From Podarcis erhardii (Eukaryota), in NCBI GenBank assembly GCA_964252035.1, contig OZ176201.1: a DNA stretch of 64,000 nt. One strand, 5' to 3'. Made by a program: the position numbers and the translations under genes. The notes below the pieces were generated by a model. That model searched no databases, had not been told where the DNA came from, and was given only the letters and a program-made list of their open reading frames with translations. Below, one piece after another: positions 63,883 to 64,000 of the stretch (the first letter of the stretch is position 1; each line of letters opens with the position of its first letter).

Positions 63883-64000
<118 letters not shown>

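Overview
Vertebrate genomic DNA from a squamate reptile, probably a lacertid-type lizard, judged from its Sauria SINE, Squam3-like SINE, Bov-B and hAT/Tc1 MITE content. Three protein-coding genes are recognisable. (1) The last three coding exons of GIPC1 (+, 5933-7107). (2) A complete PTGER1/EP1 prostaglandin receptor gene (+), with a probable CpG-island non-coding exon 1 near 47.1-47.3 kb and coding exons 52191-53018 and 53832-54116 (370 aa). (3) The 3' ten coding exons of an intact but clearly diverged VCP/p97 (CDC48) paralog on the minus strand (56798-64000), convergent with PTGER1. This gene is the most notable item. It looks like a retained whole-genome-duplication copy of p97 with an extra intron and a remodelled C-tail. 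It sits where mammals have PKN1 and may share a palindromic bidirectional poly(A) site with PTGER1. The ~40 kb between GIPC1 and PTGER1 is repeat-rich. It holds a near-full-length Chapaev3 DNA transposon, a Penelope-like fragment with a hammerhead ribozyme motif, Bov-B, CR1, L1 and L2 fragments, SINEs, several MITEs with target-site duplications (TSDs), tandem duplications and microsatellites. A DIRS-like relic lies in the GIPC1 intron. No rRNA, tRNA gene or CRISPR array is supported. Comparisons with human proteins and gene structures are from memory, not from database searches.
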